NCBI GenBank assembly: GCA_030390025.1
Contig: CM059433.1
Span: 5,518,001-5,582,000, forward strand
Source: Squalus acanthias
Taxonomy: Eukaryota
DNA length: 64,000 nucleotides
Reading direction: 5' to 3'
Below are positions 61,291-64,000 of this stretch, piece after piece. The position numbers were made by a program, and so were the translations under genes. The first letter of the stretch is position 1. Each line of letters starts with the position of its first letter. The notes under the pieces are model-generated. The model did not search any database. It was given only the letters and a program-made list of their open reading frames with translations, and was not told the DNA's origin.

Positions 61291-62699
61291 GGTTTAGGTA
61301 TTATACTAAATCAAGTTCAACAAACACACTTTTCGCTCCTTTGATAAATGTCTAAACGCAACAACTTGCATCGACGTCCTCGGTATTTCGTAAGATGTAT
61401 ATATATATATATATAAAAATAGAGAGCAAATATGCAACATTTACTATAACACTGATCCTCAAATTGGGGGAAAAGGTCTTTCAATGGGGAATATAGTGAG
61501 GAAAGCGCTTTAGATCAAAACTCACCAAAGTCTGTTGCGCTGAAAGTTGGAATCACGGACTTATAAACCTCACACAGGAGAGCCATTGAAGTACAATAGC
61601 ACGTTATCGTCTGGCAATTGATGAATGAAATATATTCAAATTAACGGGACATCAAGCGATCTGTCAGGTTGCTAATCTTGTGAAACCAGAACAAAAACTA
61701 TACCTCAGAAACGTGGAGTTTGAAAAAGGCTGTCTTTCCTGCAGGCAGTTTGATAAACAGGCAGTAACCTGATAACCTGTCGATCGTGTCTATGCAGTGT
61801 TGCACAATGAGTGAAGCAAATTTTATCACTGCGATCCACAGCCCTGGAGAATGTCAACCGTTCGGATCATAAAGGTAACATAATCCGTCTCTTGGACGCG
61901 CATTGAAATTCTTCACATCCACATGAGATAATACCAACTGTACCAGCAAAAGCAAGCTACACTCCCTGCTGGTTGAAAGACTGCACAGCGTCTGAAAATA
62001 GTCAACGATACTGCAAGCTCCATTACGTTTTTTCATATTTCACAAAGCAAACACAAGGGAACCATGGCGATTTACCAAACTATTACTAAATGGCTACATA
62101 ACATCTAGCTACAGTCTGCACAAACCATTTTTTTATGTTTTGCTGAACTAATCCAATAAAAAATTAAGGTTTTCTTCCTTTCATCGGTTTTTAAGAACAA
62201 ACTAGTTGATCTCCCATACTACTGCTGCTGCTTATAATTTCTACTCATGCTCAACACAAAAGTCAGCTTCCGTAGGTATCCCTGTGCTTATGATCAGTAA
62301 CTTGACCATATATACAAAAGTATCTGGAATGAAGTACGCACAGGACAAACAGTGAACCCTTTCCCCATTGTTATGTACACCGGAACACATTAGTGGTTAC
62401 CCCTAACTCATCTTCCGAAAATCAGCAGAAAATAGGAAAATAGTATGCTGACTGACCATGTAGGTCAGCCTTAAAACTACTAATTAGCATTGATTAAGAG
62501 ATATAAATAACAGAAACAAAACGGGCCAATCAGCAGAATGAATATAATAGAATACTTAATTTTTCAACAGAACTTTCAAACTGTTCCAAAATAATAAAAT
62601 TCGGCAGTCCTTGGGAGTTCTCTGCAGTCACTTTTAAAACTTCCACCACAAATTTGTGAAGAAAAGATTATGTGAGTTCCTATAGCCTTCTTCTGCACA

Positions 62700-63711
62700 C
62701 AAGGAACAGTGCTTAGGCCTTAGCAGTTCACAATTTATATCAATGATTTGGATGAGGGGACCAAATGTAATATATCCAAATGTCCTGATGATACAAAGCT
62801 AGGTGGGAATGTAAGTTGTGAGGAGGATGCAAAGAGAATTCAAGGGGATATAGACAGGCTAAGTGAGTGGGCAAGAACATGGCAAATGGAATATAATGTG
62901 GAGAAATGTGAGGTTATCCACTTTGGTAGGAAAAATAGAAAGGCAGAGTATTTTTTAAATGGTGAGAGATTGGGAAATGCTGGTGTTCAGAGGGACCTGG
63001 GTGTCCTTGTACACGAATCACTGAAAGTTAACATGCAGGTACAGCAAGCAATTAGAAAAGCAAATGGTATGTTGGCCGTTATTGCAAGAGGATTTGAGTA
63101 TAAGAGTAAAGACGTCTTACTGCAATTATATAAGGCCCTGGTGAGACCACACCTGGAGTATTGTGTACAGTTTTGGTCTCCTTACCTAAGGAAGAATATA
63201 CCTACCATACAGGGAGTGCAATGAAGGTTCACCAGGCTGATTCCTGGGATGGGGGGATTGTCCTATGAGGAGAGATTGCGTAGACTCGGCCTATATTCTC
63301 TAGCGTTTAGAAGGAGAGGTGATCTCATTGAAACATACAAAATTCTTACAGGGCTTGACAGGGTAGATGCAGGGAGGATGTTTCCCCTGGCTGGGGAGTC
63401 TAGAACCAGGGGGTCACAGTCTCAGTATAAGGGGTCGGCCGGCCATTTAGGACTGAGATGAGGAGAAATTTCTTCACTCAGAGGGCGGTGAATCTTTGGA
63501 ATTCTCTACCCCAGAAGGCTGTGGAGGCTCAGTCGTTGAGTATATTCAAGACAGAGATCGATAGATTTTTGGATATTAAGGGAATCAAGGGAAATGGAGA
63601 TAGTGCAGGAAAGTGGAGTTGAGGTAGAAGATCAGCCATGATCTTATTGAATGGCGGAGCAGGCTCGAGGGGCCGAATGGCCCACTCCTGCTCCTATTTC
63701 TTATGTTCTTA
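62700..63711 (+). mobile_element. CR1/HER1 LINE, 5'-truncated, with 3' tail
   Basis: ORFs 62748-63224 and 63249-63461 (CR1 RT C-terminus). Tail tcctatttcttatgttctta. Confidence 0.93.
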
Positions 63712-64000
63712 CAAGCTTGCATAGTAAGAAGGGAACTGGAGATCCTAGATTGCCACATAATTGTATGCTTCTTTTCTTTGAAGTCAAACTGGTACAAAAG
63801 AAAGATTAAAAAGATGCCTTCAAAATCAATCAAAGCTGTCAATCAAAATAGATTTCAAAGTCTGTGCTATTAGCTTTTAAATAATAACACTGTCCTGGAC
63901 AGAAAGAATGTGAATGGTCAGTTATTTGTCTTCTGTCCCTTATTTGATTAGTTACAAGATCAGAGATCTTGGTTTGGTTGATGAAGACCACTTATCTCCA

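Overview
Eukaryotic genomic DNA, most likely from a cartilaginous fish (shark). This is inferred from HE1/V-SINE-like and SacSINE1/DeuSINE-like SINEs and HER1/CR1-type LINEs. The only host gene I can support is an intact single-exon KCNF1 (Kv5.1) CDS at 61290-59833 (-). Roughly half of the rest is transposable elements: decayed two-gene PIF/Harbinger transposons (DDE transposase plus a convergent, intron-containing Myb/SANT partner), many Harbinger-type MITEs, CR1, L2 and a third CR1-group LINE family, SINEs, a probable solo LTR and Penelope-type inverted-repeat fragments. Most notable: a minimal hammerhead-ribozyme motif inside a perfect 73-bp inverted repeat with a 15-bp TSD; MITE families with co-varying hairpins, promoter motifs and splice donors; a V-SINE subfamily that appears to have swapped its 3' tail for that of a young CR1; a multi-level nested insertion stack; and two LINE junctions that suggest local inversion or palindrome deletion. 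Family names come from recognised motifs, not database searches. Repeat boundaries are approximate unless a TSD or TIR is cited.
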